From Bacilli bacterium (GTDB lineage: Bacteria; Bacillota_I; Bacilli_A; RF39; UBA660): a stretch of DNA of 64,000 bases. How positions within the stretch are numbered: the first letter of the stretch is position 1; every line of letters starts with the position of its first letter. The notes under the pieces are model-generated. The model was not told the origin of the DNA, ran no database searches, and worked only from the letters and a program-made list of their open reading frames with translations. Made by a program: the position numbers and the translations under genes. Where the stretch lies: assembly GCA_017409785.1 (NCBI GenBank), contig JAFQSD010000004.1, positions 130,910-194,909 of the forward strand. The letters run 5' to 3'. Below, piece after piece: positions 56,215 through 64,000 of the stretch.

Positions 56215-56994
56215 ATGTCTAAATATAAAGTAGAAATAAGTGGTATTAACACCAATGATATAGTAGTACTTTCGCAGGAAGAGATGCAAGCATTATTTCA
56301 GAAAATGCAACAAGGGGATTCTTTCGCTAGAGAATTATTAGTACAAGGTAATTTAAAACTAGTTTTATCAATAATAAAAAAATTTAGTAATCGTTTAGAC
56401 AACCTAGATGACTTATTTCAAATAGGATGTGTTGGATTGTTAAAAGCAATTGACAATTTTGATCTATCACATGAGGTAAAATTCTCAACTTATGCAGTAC
56501 CAATGATTTTAGGTGAAGTAAAACGTTATGTAAGAGATAATTCAAGTAGTATAAGAGTTAGCCGCTCTATTAAGGACCTAGCCTATAAAATATTAAAACA
56601 AAAAGAAGAATATAATCAAGAATATGGTCAGGAAATATCAAATGAAGAATTGGCTAAGAGACTTAATGTATCTACATATGACATAATTATTGCTTTAGAG
56701 TCATTAAAAGAACCAATTAGTATGTTTGAACCAATCTACAACGATGGAGGAGACACAATATATTTATATGATCAAATAGAGGATAAATCATCCAATTCAA
56801 CAGAACTTGCAACAAAACTTGCCATTTCTGCAGCAATCAATAATCTAGATGATAGAGAAAAATATATATTAGATGAAAGATTTATTATAGGAAAAACTCA
56901 AATGGAAATTGCCAATGAATTAAATATTAGTCAAGCTCAAGTATCAAGGTTAGAAAAAGGAGCGATAAACCAACTAAAAAAAGTTCTAAAATAA
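56215..56994 (+). CDS. sigG: Sporulation sigma factor SigG.
   Basis: Near-colinear with B. subtilis SigG: VEISGINT, LVLSIIKKF, VSRSIKDLAYK, FEPIYNDGGDTIY, GKTQMEIANELNISQAQVSRLEK. Followed by ylmC/ymxH, as in Bacillus. Confidence 0.8.
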   Translation: MSKYKVEISGINTNDIVVLSQEEMQALFQKMQQGDSFARELLVQGNLKLVLSIIKKFSNRLDNLDDLFQIGCVGLLKAIDNFDLSHEVKFSTYAVPMILGEVKRYVRDNSSSIRVSRSIKDLAYKILKQKEEYNQEYGQEISNEELAKRLNVSTYDIIIALESLKEPISMFEPIYNDGGDTIYLYDQIEDKSSNSTELATKLAISAAINNLDDREKYILDERFIIGKTQMEIANELNISQAQVSRLEKGAINQLKKVLK

Positions 56995-57035
56995 TAACAT
57001 ATTAAATATATATTTAGTAATAAGCAGGTGACAAA

Positions 57036-57269
57036 ATGAGATTATCAGAATTACAGTCAAAAAAAATAATTAATATAACTGATGGGAAGAGCATTGGAAG
57101 CATCATTGATATAAATATACAAGAAAATGGAAATATTGAATCATTAGTATTAGAATCTACTAGAAGTATCTTTTCATTAAATAAGGAATTAGACACATAT
57201 GTTTTATGGAAAGATATAACAAAAATTGGTGAAGATGTTATTCTAGTTAAACTAAATAATCATGAATAG
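57036..57269 (+). CDS. YlmC/YmxH family sporulation protein (PRC-barrel).
   Basis: MRLSELQSKKIINITDGKSIGSIIDINIQENGNIESLVL. Confidence 0.6.
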   Translation: MRLSELQSKKIINITDGKSIGSIIDINIQENGNIESLVLESTRSIFSLNKELDTYVLWKDITKIGEDVILVKLNNHE

Positions 57270-57978
57270 ACTAAAACTATTTATAATTATTATCGTTTTA
57301 TCTATAATATCTTCTTTTATTTTAGTAGGATATACTGGTAAAAAACTAAATAAAAAATTATATAACTACGTTAATTTTGAGTCAAAAAGAATTGTTAGTA
57401 ACGTAGTAAACTATTCAATTAATGAAATTATAGCGGAAAATATAATAGATGACTTATTTGAAATAACTAAAAATAATAGAGGAGAAATTGAACTTTTAGA
57501 CTATAACACTAAAGAAGTAAATAAATTACTCCAAAAGGTAAATCAATCTGTCCAAAAAGAATTGGTTAAATTAGAAGAAGGCAAAGTAAAAGAATATGTA
57601 ATTGCAGAAACCTTTAAACAAGGAAAATTTAAACAAATTAAATCAGGAATAATTTGTGAAATACCATTAGGCGTTTTAAAAGAAAATGCCTTATATTCGA
57701 ATTTTGGCCCATATATACCAATTAGAATGTCATTTCTAGGTTCAATTAACTCATACATTAATACAAAAATAACTCCATATGGTTTTAATAGTTTAGTAAT
57801 GGAAGTAAACCTCCATATAGAAATAGAAGAAAAAGTCACAATGCCCACATCATCAGAAATATCCACGCTCAAGTTAAAATCACCATTAACATTAAAGATA
57901 ATACAAGGAATAATCCCAGAATATTATTATACAAAAGGTCTTGAAAAAACATCTAATCAATATTCTATAAGCGAATAA
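57262..57978 (+). CDS. yunB: Sporulation protein YunB-like.
   Basis: N-terminal TM segment, about 240 aa, in a sporulation gene context. Start overlaps the upstream stop. Confidence 0.4.
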   Translation: MNRLKLFIIIIVLSIISSFILVGYTGKKLNKKLYNYVNFESKRIVSNVVNYSINEIIAENIIDDLFEITKNNRGEIELLDYNTKEVNKLLQKVNQSVQKELVKLEEGKVKEYVIAETFKQGKFKQIKSGIICEIPLGVLKENALYSNFGPYIPIRMSFLGSINSYINTKITPYGFNSLVMEVNLHIEIEEKVTMPTSSEISTLKLKSPLTLKIIQGIIPEYYYTKGLEKTSNQYSISE

Positions 57979-58023
57979 TATACACCCTCCAGAAAATATG
58001 ATATAATTAAGATGAGGTGTGTT

Positions 58024-58302
58024 ATGAAAACAATAGAATTAAATGGAACAAAATACGAAATTATAAAAAATGAAGGAAACTGTGTTGAAAAAGAAGAATT
58101 AGAAGCCAAAATTACCGATTATTTTGAACCATATGACTACATCTTTGGAGACTATGCCTATGAAAAAGTAAGATTAAAAGGCTACTATGAAAGCAGTAAC
58201 AAAAAGGCAAATAAAGTAAATGATATAAAAACGTTAGATGATTATATAGCAAATTATTGTAGTTATGGAGCAAAACACTTTCTAATAAAAAAAGTTAAGT
58301 AA
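58024..58302 (+). CDS. YutD/DUF1027 family protein.
   Basis: YEIIKNEG...DYFEPYDYIFGDYAYEKVRLKGY. ATG at 58024 after a GAGGTG RBS (the ORF-track start is at 58012). Confidence 0.5.
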   Translation: MKTIELNGTKYEIIKNEGNCVEKEELEAKITDYFEPYDYIFGDYAYEKVRLKGYYESSNKKANKVNDIKTLDDYIANYCSYGAKHFLIKKVK

Positions 58303-58369
58303 AATACTTGTAATTATTTTAAAATATGTTAGAATTAAATTATATGAATAATAAGGGAGGATTTTTATT

Positions 58370-58648
58370 ATGACAGAAAATCAAGAAGTAGAAAAGAAAA
58401 TAATGTCAATCGTTGCTGAAGACGGTTCAGTTGAGGAAGTAGAAGTAATTTTAGCTTTCGAATTTAAAGATACAAAAAAAGAATATGTTATCTATACAAA
58501 AAATGAAAAAGATGAAAATGATAATATAACAGTGTATGTTTCACACGTTGATCGTTCATCTGGAGAACCAAAATTATTAGGTGTTGAAGATGAAGAAGAG
58601 TGGAGCAGAATTAAAGACGTTTTACGTGAATTATCAAAATCAGAATAA
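58370..58648 (+). CDS. DUF1292/UPF0473 family protein (paralog of ORF 3155).
   Basis: 92 aa and acidic, with the same VEVILAFEF...YVIYTKNE pattern as ORF 3155. AAGGGAGG RBS. Confidence 0.5.
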   Translation: MTENQEVEKKIMSIVAEDGSVEEVEVILAFEFKDTKKEYVIYTKNEKDENDNITVYVSHVDRSSGEPKLLGVEDEEEWSRIKDVLRELSKSE

Positions 58649-58684
58649 CATCATTTTAAATTGACATTATAAGGAGGTAAGTTT

Positions 58685-60166
58685 ATGGTACACAAGGATA
58701 TCGAGTTAGTAGACAATGATTATTTTAGAATACCATTAGTAAAACCAAGTAGAAAAATCAAATTTAAAGGCATCTCATTTAAAAATATTTTATCTCGTTG
58801 GAATGAGTTTAGACTTGAACGTCTAAAGAAAAAATTAGCAGCTAAAAAAGAAAATCTTGTTGGAATGGAGTTTCCTGGGGACAAACTAGTTCCAGGAACA
58901 CAAAGAGAACGTATTGAGAAAAAGGTTGAAAGAAAAACACGTGCTATAGCTAAATTAGAATCAAAAATTAATTTCCTTGAACAAGGAGAATACTATACAG
59001 AAGAATTCGTTGATTCAAGAGCAATTAAATTAAAAGATTTAATGATGAAAAATTTAGTATATAATAGAGATTCACTATATAGCGTAACAGAAAAAGTAGC
59101 AGAAGAAATTATGAGTAATAATAGCGTTGATAGTATTATTGATGCTGAAACAGAAAAAATTGGAGCTAGAGTAAGAGAAATTCTAGCAGAAAAAGAAGCT
59201 CAAAGAAAAGCTGCATTACAAACTGAAAATCAAGTACATTCAGAAGAAAGTTTAGTTCCTCCAGTTGGAGATAATACACAAGCTGCACCAGTAGAAGAAA
59301 ATATTTCAAATACTGAAATAAATGAAGTAATAAATGAGAATATGGCAGGAATAGATGTAATTCCTGTAGTAAGTAATGATGAAGTTGCTGCTGCAATAGA
59401 TTCAGAGATGCAAAAAATTAAAGTTAGTGGAAATGAAAGTACACCAGCAAAAGTTAATAAATTTATAAATGAAGATGGTACATATAGACTAAGAAGAGAA
59501 GATATCGATGAAGACTTTAGAATCACAAGATTTGATAGAAGTAAGTTACCAATTGCAGAAACTACTCCTGTTGAAAAGGCTGAAGAACCAGAGATTCCTC
59601 CATTTAGTACTACAGCCGCAAAAAGAAAAGCACCATATGTTGAAGCACCAAGAAAAGCACTTACAGAAATTGTTGAAAGAACATCACATAAATTCCCAGA
59701 AATTGTTATGCCAACAATAAAGGAATCATTTGGACAAGAAAACAATGCAGAAGCATCAGAAAGAGAAACTCCAGTTGTTGTTCCTGAAAGAAAACCAATT
59801 CGTGTAAAAGTAAGAAAAGTTGAATCAGTAGAAGAGCCAGTTATTGAAGATAATCAAGAAAATGGTGATCTTAGTGCACTTATTGCAAAAGTAAATCTAC
59901 TTAAAGCAGAAAAAAGAGCTATTGCCAATATGACTGCAGAAGCAGAGCAAAAAGCAAATAGTGTAAACTCAGCACATAGAGAAATGGTAAGAAGATTACA
60001 AGATTTTGCAAACTCATTAGAAGCAGATTGTAATGCATCTTATCAAACAATGAGTGAAGTTGAGAGAAGTGCCGCAACAAAAGAAGCTCAAATTACTGCA
60101 ATGATTGAAATTATGGCATCAAGTGGAGCTCAAGAACCAGAAAAAGTACCAGGAAGAGTTAAATAA
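58685..60166 (+). CDS. Hypothetical coiled-coil protein.
   Basis: 493 aa, Glu/Lys/Ala-rich. AAGGAGG RBS. Terminator at 60153-60181. Confidence 0.4.
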   Translation: MVHKDIELVDNDYFRIPLVKPSRKIKFKGISFKNILSRWNEFRLERLKKKLAAKKENLVGMEFPGDKLVPGTQRERIEKKVERKTRAIAKLESKINFLEQGEYYTEEFVDSRAIKLKDLMMKNLVYNRDSLYSVTEKVAEEIMSNNSVDSIIDAETEKIGARVREILAEKEAQRKAALQTENQVHSEESLVPPVGDNTQAAPVEENISNTEINEVINENMAGIDVIPVVSNDEVAAAIDSEMQKIKVSGNESTPAKVNKFINEDGTYRLRREDIDEDFRITRFDRSKLPIAETTPVEKAEEPEIPPFSTTAAKRKAPYVEAPRKALTEIVERTSHKFPEIVMPTIKESFGQENNAEASERETPVVVPERKPIRVKVRKVESVEEPVIEDNQENGDLSALIAKVNLLKAEKRAIANMTAEAEQKANSVNSAHREMVRRLQDFANSLEADCNASYQTMSEVERSAATKEAQITAMIEIMASSGAQEPEKVPGRVK

Positions 60167-60181
60167 CTCTTCTTTTTTTTT
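60153..60181 (+). terminator. Rho-independent terminator.
   Basis: GAAGAGTT-AAAT-AACTCTTC followed by T9. Confidence 0.6.
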
Positions 60182-60212
60182 GACATTTGAATATACTTTA
60201 CTAAGTGATTAT

Positions 60213-61079
60213 ATGATTTTTATATTAAAGTATTATTATGGATTAGAGAATCCAAGTATATATAAGGATGCAGAACATATATACGTAAGAGATAAACAAA
60301 AAAAATATATGTTATACACAATCGAAAATTTAATAGAGTTTAACGAAGTAATAAAATTAACAAGTATAAATAACGAATACTTCGATAGAATAGTTGCCAC
60401 AAAAGATAATGATTTATATATATATTATCATGATAAAGCATACGCATTAATAGAAATTACTCGCGAAGAAAGAAGAAATCAAGAACTAATAAATAATATA
60501 AATAAAGTAAAAATTCGCGATCTAAAAGAATATAATTTTTTAAACAGAAGCAACTGGTATTTTCTTTGGTGTAATAAAACTGATTATTTTAGAGAAAAAA
60601 ATAAGTATTATGTAGATAATACTAATTACTATGTATCAGATTACTATATCGGAATGGCAGAATCAGCAATACAATATTATAATAGCGCAATCAGTAAAGA
60701 AAAAACAAATAAGAGTTTATATGTTTCTCACAAGAGAATTACTAAGAAACTAAATACAAATCCAATAAACATTGTAATTGATAGAGCAGAAAGAGATATT
60801 GCTGAATATGTAAAGTATTTAATTCTAAAAGGTGAATATACAGATGAATGTGATAAGTATTTAACAGAAAAAATATACAAGAATAATTTAAATCCAGAAT
60901 TGATATTTGCACGGTTACTTTTTCCAACACATTATTTTGATATGTGTGAAACTGTAATTCTTAATAACAAAAATAAAATATTAACATCAGAACAAGTAAT
61001 ATATTATGAAAAAAAAATAAAAAATGTTTATAAAATGCTTTCTAAAATAAAAAAAATAAAAAAAATAGACTGGTTATGA
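60213..61079 (+). CDS. Hypothetical protein.
   Basis: The ORF-track start at 60105 lies inside the upstream gene and before the terminator. The ATG at 60213 downstream of the terminator is more plausible. Confidence 0.3.
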   Translation: MIFILKYYYGLENPSIYKDAEHIYVRDKQKKYMLYTIENLIEFNEVIKLTSINNEYFDRIVATKDNDLYIYYHDKAYALIEITREERRNQELINNINKVKIRDLKEYNFLNRSNWYFLWCNKTDYFREKNKYYVDNTNYYVSDYYIGMAESAIQYYNSAISKEKTNKSLYVSHKRITKKLNTNPINIVIDRAERDIAEYVKYLILKGEYTDECDKYLTEKIYKNNLNPELIFARLLFPTHYFDMCETVILNNKNKILTSEQVIYYEKKIKNVYKMLSKIKKIKKIDWL

Positions 61080-61086
61080 AATATAA

Positions 61087-61323
61087 CTAGTCTACATTTT
61101 TAACTTCTTTTACCTCAGGAATTTCATTAATAATTATTTCCTCAATTCCTTCTTTTAAAGTAACGTCCATCATTTCACAATCTTTGCAAGCTCCCATTAA
61201 TCTTACATAAACGATATTGTCTTCATATTTTACAAATTCTAAATTTCCACCATCACTTATCAAAAATGGTTTTAGTTTTTCTATTAACACCAAAATTTTA
61301 TTAACAATTTCATCATTTCTCAT
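61087..61323 (-). CDS. NifU-like (Nfu-type) Fe-S cluster scaffold domain protein.
   Basis: 78 aa. ISDGGNLEFVKYEDNIVYVRLMGACKDCEM contains the CxxC motif typical of the NifU C-terminal domain. Confidence 0.6.
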   Translation of the reverse strand: MRNDEIVNKILVLIEKLKPFLISDGGNLEFVKYEDNIVYVRLMGACKDCEMMDVTLKEGIEEIIINEIPEVKEVKNVD

Positions 61324-61377
61324 AATTAATCACCAACAAAATTATACCATGAACACAAATCGTATACAAATAAATTC

Positions 61378-61406
61378 TTGTTATATATTAGCTAAAATGA
61401 TATAAT
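61378..61406 (+). promoter_or_regulatory. Sigma-A promoter (TTGTTA-17-TATAAT) for the S1-domain gene.
   Basis: TTGTTA at 61378-61383 and TATAAT at 61401-61406. Confidence 0.45.
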
Positions 61407-61426
61407 ACAAACAGAAGGTGTATTAA

Positions 61427-61792
61427 ATGAGTAAATATAAGTGCGGTGAAATAGTAACAGGATATGTTACTGGGATTGAAAAATATGGAATATTTGTAAA
61501 TATTGACGATAAGTATGATGGTCTTATACATATTTCAGAAATAACAAGTTCCTATGTAAGAAATATAAATGACTATGCAAGAGTTGGAGAGATAATTCGT
61601 GCAAAAGTAATAGATGAAGAGAAAAATAATCAAATAAAACTAAGTATAAAAGATATCGATTATCGAATTATGAGAAAAAAAAGCACTAAAATTGAAGAGA
61701 CAGAAAAAGGTTTTTCGACACTTATAATAATGTTAAACAAGTGGATAGATGAGAAAACAGAAGAAATAAGTGAAAAAATTGAAAAAAAATAA
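61427..61792 (+). CDS. S1 RNA-binding domain protein (general stress protein 13/YugI-like).
   Basis: GEIVTGYVTGIEKYGIFVNIDDKYDGLIHISEI is an S1 fold motif. Confidence 0.65.
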   Translation: MSKYKCGEIVTGYVTGIEKYGIFVNIDDKYDGLIHISEITSSYVRNINDYARVGEIIRAKVIDEEKNNQIKLSIKDIDYRIMRKKSTKIEETEKGFSTLIIMLNKWIDEKTEEISEKIEKK

Positions 61793-61800
61793 AAAAAATG

Positions 61801-61829
61801 TTGACAAAAAAAACAATAATTGATATATT
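61801..61829 (+). promoter_or_regulatory. Sigma-A promoter (TTGACA-17-TATATT) for the tRNA operon.
   Basis: TTGACA at 61801-61806 and TATATT at 61824-61829, about 25 nt upstream of tRNA-Val. Confidence 0.5.
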
Positions 61830-61853
61830 TAATTACGTCAACTGATTTATTTC

Positions 61854-61930
61854 GGGCGATTAGCTCAGTTGGTTAGAGCACCTGCCTTACAAGCAGGGGG
61901 TCACAGGTTCGAGTCCTGTATCGCCCACCA
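61854..61930 (+). tRNA. tRNA-Val (anticodon TAC).
   Basis: Cloverleaf with a 7-bp GGGCGAT/ATCGCCC acceptor stem, anticodon loop CTTACAA, and an encoded CCA. Confidence 0.85.
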
Positions 61931-61934
61931 TAAT

Positions 61935-62010
61935 GCCGAAATAGCTCAATTGGTAGAGCAACTGATTTGTAATCAGTAGGTTACGGGTTCAAGTCCTGTT
62001 TTCGGCACCA
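61935..62010 (+). tRNA. tRNA-Thr (anticodon TGT).
   Basis: Acceptor stem GCCGAAA/TTTCGGC, anticodon stem ACTGA/TCAGT with loop TTTGTAA, CCA end. Confidence 0.85.
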
Positions 62011-62017
62011 TTTTTTT

Positions 62018-62102
62018 GGAGAGGTAGCGAAGAGGCTAAACGCGACAGACTGTAAATCTGTTCTCATTGAGTTCGATGGTTCGAATCCATCTCTCTCCAC
62101 CA
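62018..62102 (+). tRNA. tRNA-Tyr (anticodon GTA), class II with a long variable arm.
   Basis: Acceptor stem GGAGAGG, anticodon loop TGTAAAT, long variable arm, CCA end. Confidence 0.8.
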
Positions 62103-62110
62103 CTTAAGAT

Positions 62111-62185
62111 TGCCTCGTAGCCAAGCGGTAAGGCATCAGACTTTGACTCTGACATGCGTTAGTTCGAATCTAACCGAGGCAGCCA
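62111..62185 (+). tRNA. tRNA-Gln (anticodon TTG).
   Basis: U1-A72 acceptor stem (TGCCTCG...CGAGGCA) with a G discriminator, anticodon loop CTTTGAC, CCA end. Confidence 0.8.
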
Positions 62186-62195
62186 TCTAAAATTT

Positions 62196-62271
62196 GATCT
62201 GTTAGCTCAGTTGGTAGAGCATTTGACTTTTAATCAAAGGGTCATGAGTTCGAATCTCATACAGGTCACCA
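62196..62271 (+). tRNA. tRNA-Lys (anticodon TTT).
   Basis: Acceptor stem GATCTGT/ACAGGTC, anticodon loop CTTTTAA, CCA end. Confidence 0.85.
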
Positions 62272-62277
62272 TTTTGT

Positions 62278-62366
62278 GCCTGAGTGGCGGAATTGGTAGA
62301 CGCACAGGACTTAAAATCCTGCGAGAATCAACCCTCGTGCCGGTTCAAGTCCGGCCTCAGGCACCA
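62278..62366 (+). tRNA. tRNA-Leu (anticodon TAA), class II.
   Basis: Acceptor stem GCCTGAG/CTCAGGC, anticodon loop CTTAAAA, long variable arm, CCA end. Confidence 0.85.
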
Positions 62367-62427
62367 TTCTAATAATTACTCAGTTAGTAATAATTGAGTT
62401 TTTTTAAACAAATGTCATAGAAATTTA

Positions 62428-62457
62428 TTGACACAATAAAAAACACTATGATATAAT
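62428..62457 (+). promoter_or_regulatory. Internal sigma-A promoter (TTGACA-18-TATAAT) for the second tRNA block.
   Basis: TTGACA at 62428-62433 and TATAAT at 62452-62457. Preceded by a weak hairpin plus T7 after tRNA-Leu. Confidence 0.5.
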
Positions 62458-62487
62458 CAATTTGTCGTCCGAACTTCGGGCTACAAT

Positions 62488-62580
62488 GGAGGAATACCCA
62501 AGTCTGGTTGAAGGGACCGGTCTTGAAAACCGGGAGGTCGTGCGAGCGGCGCAGGGGTTCGAATCCCTTTTCCTCCGCCA
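62488..62580 (+). tRNA. tRNA-Ser (anticodon TGA), class II.
   Basis: Acceptor stem GGAGGAA/TTCCTCC, anticodon loop CTTGAAA, long variable arm, CCA end. Confidence 0.85.
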
Positions 62581-62593
62581 CTTTTAAAAATAT

Positions 62594-62670
62594 CGCGGGA
62601 TGGAGCAGTCTGGCAGCTCGTCGGGCTCATAACCCGAAGGTCGGAGGTTCAAATCCTTCTCCCGCAACCA
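62594..62670 (+). tRNA. Initiator tRNA-fMet (anticodon CAT).
   Basis: C1 opposite A72 (unpaired), three consecutive G-C pairs in the anticodon stem (TCGGG/CCCGA), anticodon loop CTCATAA, CCA end. Confidence 0.85.
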
Positions 62671-62681
62671 ATTTAATTTAT

Positions 62682-62758
62682 GGTCTCATGGTGCAGCTGG
62701 TTAACACGTCTGCCTGTCACGCAGAAGATCGCGGGTTCGAGTCCCGTTGAGACCGCCA
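62682..62758 (+). tRNA. tRNA-Asp (anticodon GTC).
   Basis: Acceptor stem GGTCTCA/TGAGACC, anticodon loop CTGTCAC, CCA end. Confidence 0.85.
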
Positions 62759-62766
62759 TTTATTTT

Positions 62767-62842
62767 GGCTTCATAGCTCAGTTGGTAGAGCAAGGGACTG
62801 AAAATCCCTGTGTCGCTGGTTCGATTCCCGCTGGAGCCACCA
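62767..62842 (+). tRNA. tRNA-Phe (anticodon GAA).
   Basis: Acceptor stem GGCTTCA/TGGAGCC, anticodon loop CTGAAAA, CCA end. Confidence 0.85.
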
Positions 62843-62880
62843 GTTTTTTGTTATAACCTGACTTATTTAGTTAAGGTCAT

Positions 62881-62957
62881 GCGCTCGTAGCTCAGTTGGA
62901 TAGAGTGTTTGGCTACGAACCAAAAGGTCAGGGGTTCGAATCCCTTCGAGCGCACCA
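62881..62957 (+). tRNA. tRNA-Arg (anticodon ACG).
   Basis: Acceptor stem GCGCTCG/CGAGCGC, anticodon loop CTACGAA, CCA end. Confidence 0.85.
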
Positions 62958-62963
62958 TATTAT

Positions 62964-63040
62964 CGGGAAGTGGCTCAACTTGGTAGAGCACTTGGTTTGG
63001 GACCAAGGGGTTGCAGGTTCAAATCCTGTCTTCCCGACCA
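62964..63040 (+). tRNA. tRNA-Pro (anticodon TGG).
   Basis: Acceptor stem CGGGAAG/CTTCCCG, anticodon stem CTTGG/CCAAG with loop TTTGGGA, CCA end. Confidence 0.85.
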
Positions 63041-63072
63041 TTTGTTTTTTAGCTCATATATTGGGTTCGAGA

Positions 63073-63100
63073 AAGTACTTATTGCAAGTACTATTTTTTT
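63073..63100. terminator. Rho-independent terminator ending the tRNA operon. It is convergent with the minus-strand ORF 63091.
   Basis: AGTACTT-ATTGC-AAGTACT followed by T9. Confidence 0.65.
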
Positions 63101-63849
63101 TGCTCAAAATTAGTAAATTTAATAAATAAATTTGATAACGTATTACTTTTTATCGAAAAAGAAGTACCATGATTATAAGGCATTCCACGTTTATACCCAT
63201 TTCTATAAACTCCATATTTTAAACTTACAATTATATTACCTTTTTCCAATTCAGATAAAAAAGAATCAAAACCTGCAAAACTATAAAAATTATATTTAAA
63301 AAAATTACAATATATATGATTATTGTTTGTTGCTTTTTGAAAGTAAACAACACATAGTTTGTTTAATTTTCTATGAAGCAGAGAACTAATTGTTTCAAAA
63401 TTCCAGTATGCTCTTTTTTCAATTACTTTACCATTCTTATTTGCAATCAAAATAAATATTTTTTTATTATGTCTATCTACAAGTAATTTCATTTTTAGAT
63501 ATTTTCCCCACTCAGTGAATTTATTAGCATAAAGTTTAGTAGATAAGACTTTTACATCTTTAAACATATAATCTTTAACACCAAATTTTTCAACTAATCT
63601 ATTTAACTCAAAAAAATCCGGTCCATCACAAGTACAACTAAAAAGAGTAATTGGATATTTTGAAAAAATGTTAACAGCTTTTACTTCAACACCATCAATA
63701 TCTGCAACAGAAAAATCATTTGTCTCAATTCCTAATTCTCTTTCTAAAAGAAGCCCGGAATTAATATATTTATCAGAGTCCATTTTTATATAACCTTTTT
63801 CGCATATTTCATTCAATTTATGATCCAGTAAACTATAATTATTATTCAA
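63091..63849 (-). CDS. Hypothetical protein with a PD-(D/E)xK-like nuclease motif (restriction endonuclease-like).
   Basis: VADIDGVEVKAV fits D...(D/E)xK. The likely start is TTG at 63849 after an AGGAGGTGA RBS (the ORF-track GTG at 63858 is too close to the SD). No adjacent methyltransferase is visible in the window. Confidence 0.35.
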   Translation of the reverse strand: MNNNYSLLDHKLNEICEKGYIKMDSDKYINSGLLLERELGIETNDFSVADIDGVEVKAVNIFSKYPITLFSCTCDGPDFFELNRLVEKFGVKDYMFKDVKVLSTKLYANKFTEWGKYLKMKLLVDRHNKKIFILIANKNGKVIEKRAYWNFETISSLLHRKLNKLCVVYFQKATNNNHIYCNFFKYNFYSFAGFDSFLSELEKGNIIVSLKYGVYRNGYKRGMPYNHGTSFSIKSNTLSNLFIKFTNFEQKK

Positions 63850-64000
63850 TTGAATCACCTCCTACTATATTATTCGCAAAAAAAAATTATTTTTTTCATA
63901 TTTTCATAATAAAAAAATAAAATTATACTAGGTGATGTAATATTGAAAAAAATTTTAATAATATTTTTAATATTAATATTATCTTCAGTTACAAATGTTA

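Noticed and set aside
59230-59745. 171-aa minus-strand ORF.
   Set aside because: Antisense inside the 58685-60166 gene. Ser/Ile-rich composition.
62384-63129. ORFs 62384-62581 (-), 62508-62750 (+) and 62896-63129 (+).
   Set aside because: They overlap tRNA genes (Ser, fMet, Asp, Arg, Pro). Their translations are Gly/Arg-rich, as expected when structured RNA is read as protein.
1-64000. CRISPR arrays or other long tandem repeats.
   Set aside because: No regularly spaced direct repeats were seen. The only repetitive DNA is codon-level low complexity inside genes (21079 tail, 32347 N-terminus, 35514 tail).

Overview
This window is a low-GC (about 30% GC by eye) chromosome segment from a spore-forming Firmicute. 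It uses the standard genetic code, with frequent TTG and GTG starts. Most of the window is housekeeping and sporulation genes in Bacillus-like synteny: yrzL/ireB-ruvX-yrzB-mltG-yrrM-like methyltransferase-U32 peptidases; a dGTPase-like hydrolase; greA; then rhodanese, DedA, rmuC, trpS, tig-lon, a spoVID/sipL-like gene followed by a ysxE/cotS-like gene, perR-rubrerythrin, a large U32 peptidase, trmL, a ttcA-like gene, sigG-ylmC/ymxH-yunB-yutD, and a 12-tRNA cluster driven by two promoters. At 12.5-39.1 kb there is a ~26.5 kb co-directional accessory block, bounded by rho-independent terminators at 12476-12500 and 39089-39116. In order it encodes: a polytopic membrane protein and Ig-like (DUF5011-type) surface proteins; a class-B sortase; a 985-aa cysteine-rich secreted protein; a Tad-like pilus module (CpaB/SAF protein, CpaF ATPase, TadB-like, TadC-like, a small pilin-like ORF missing from the ORF track, TadE-like proteins, a TadZ-like protein with a degenerate P-loop); three paralogous two-helix pilin-like (VirB2-like?) domains; and a Gram-positive-type T4SS module (VirB6/TrbL-like, a VirB3-like small protein, a VirB4 split into two translationally coupled ORFs, a SpoIID-like plus CHAP-like cell-wall hydrolase, a VirD4 coupling protein). 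No relaxase, integrase, recombinase or attachment repeats were found in the window. I interpret this as a possibly undescribed hybrid of a Tad pilus, a type IV secretion system and sortase/adhesin genes. A second small insertion (a pilin-like/NlpC-P60 fusion plus a membrane protein) interrupts the conserved yrrM-yrrN operon. A type-I-toxin-like 27-aa peptide with a convergent terminator/anti-terminator structure lies upstream of the U32 operon.
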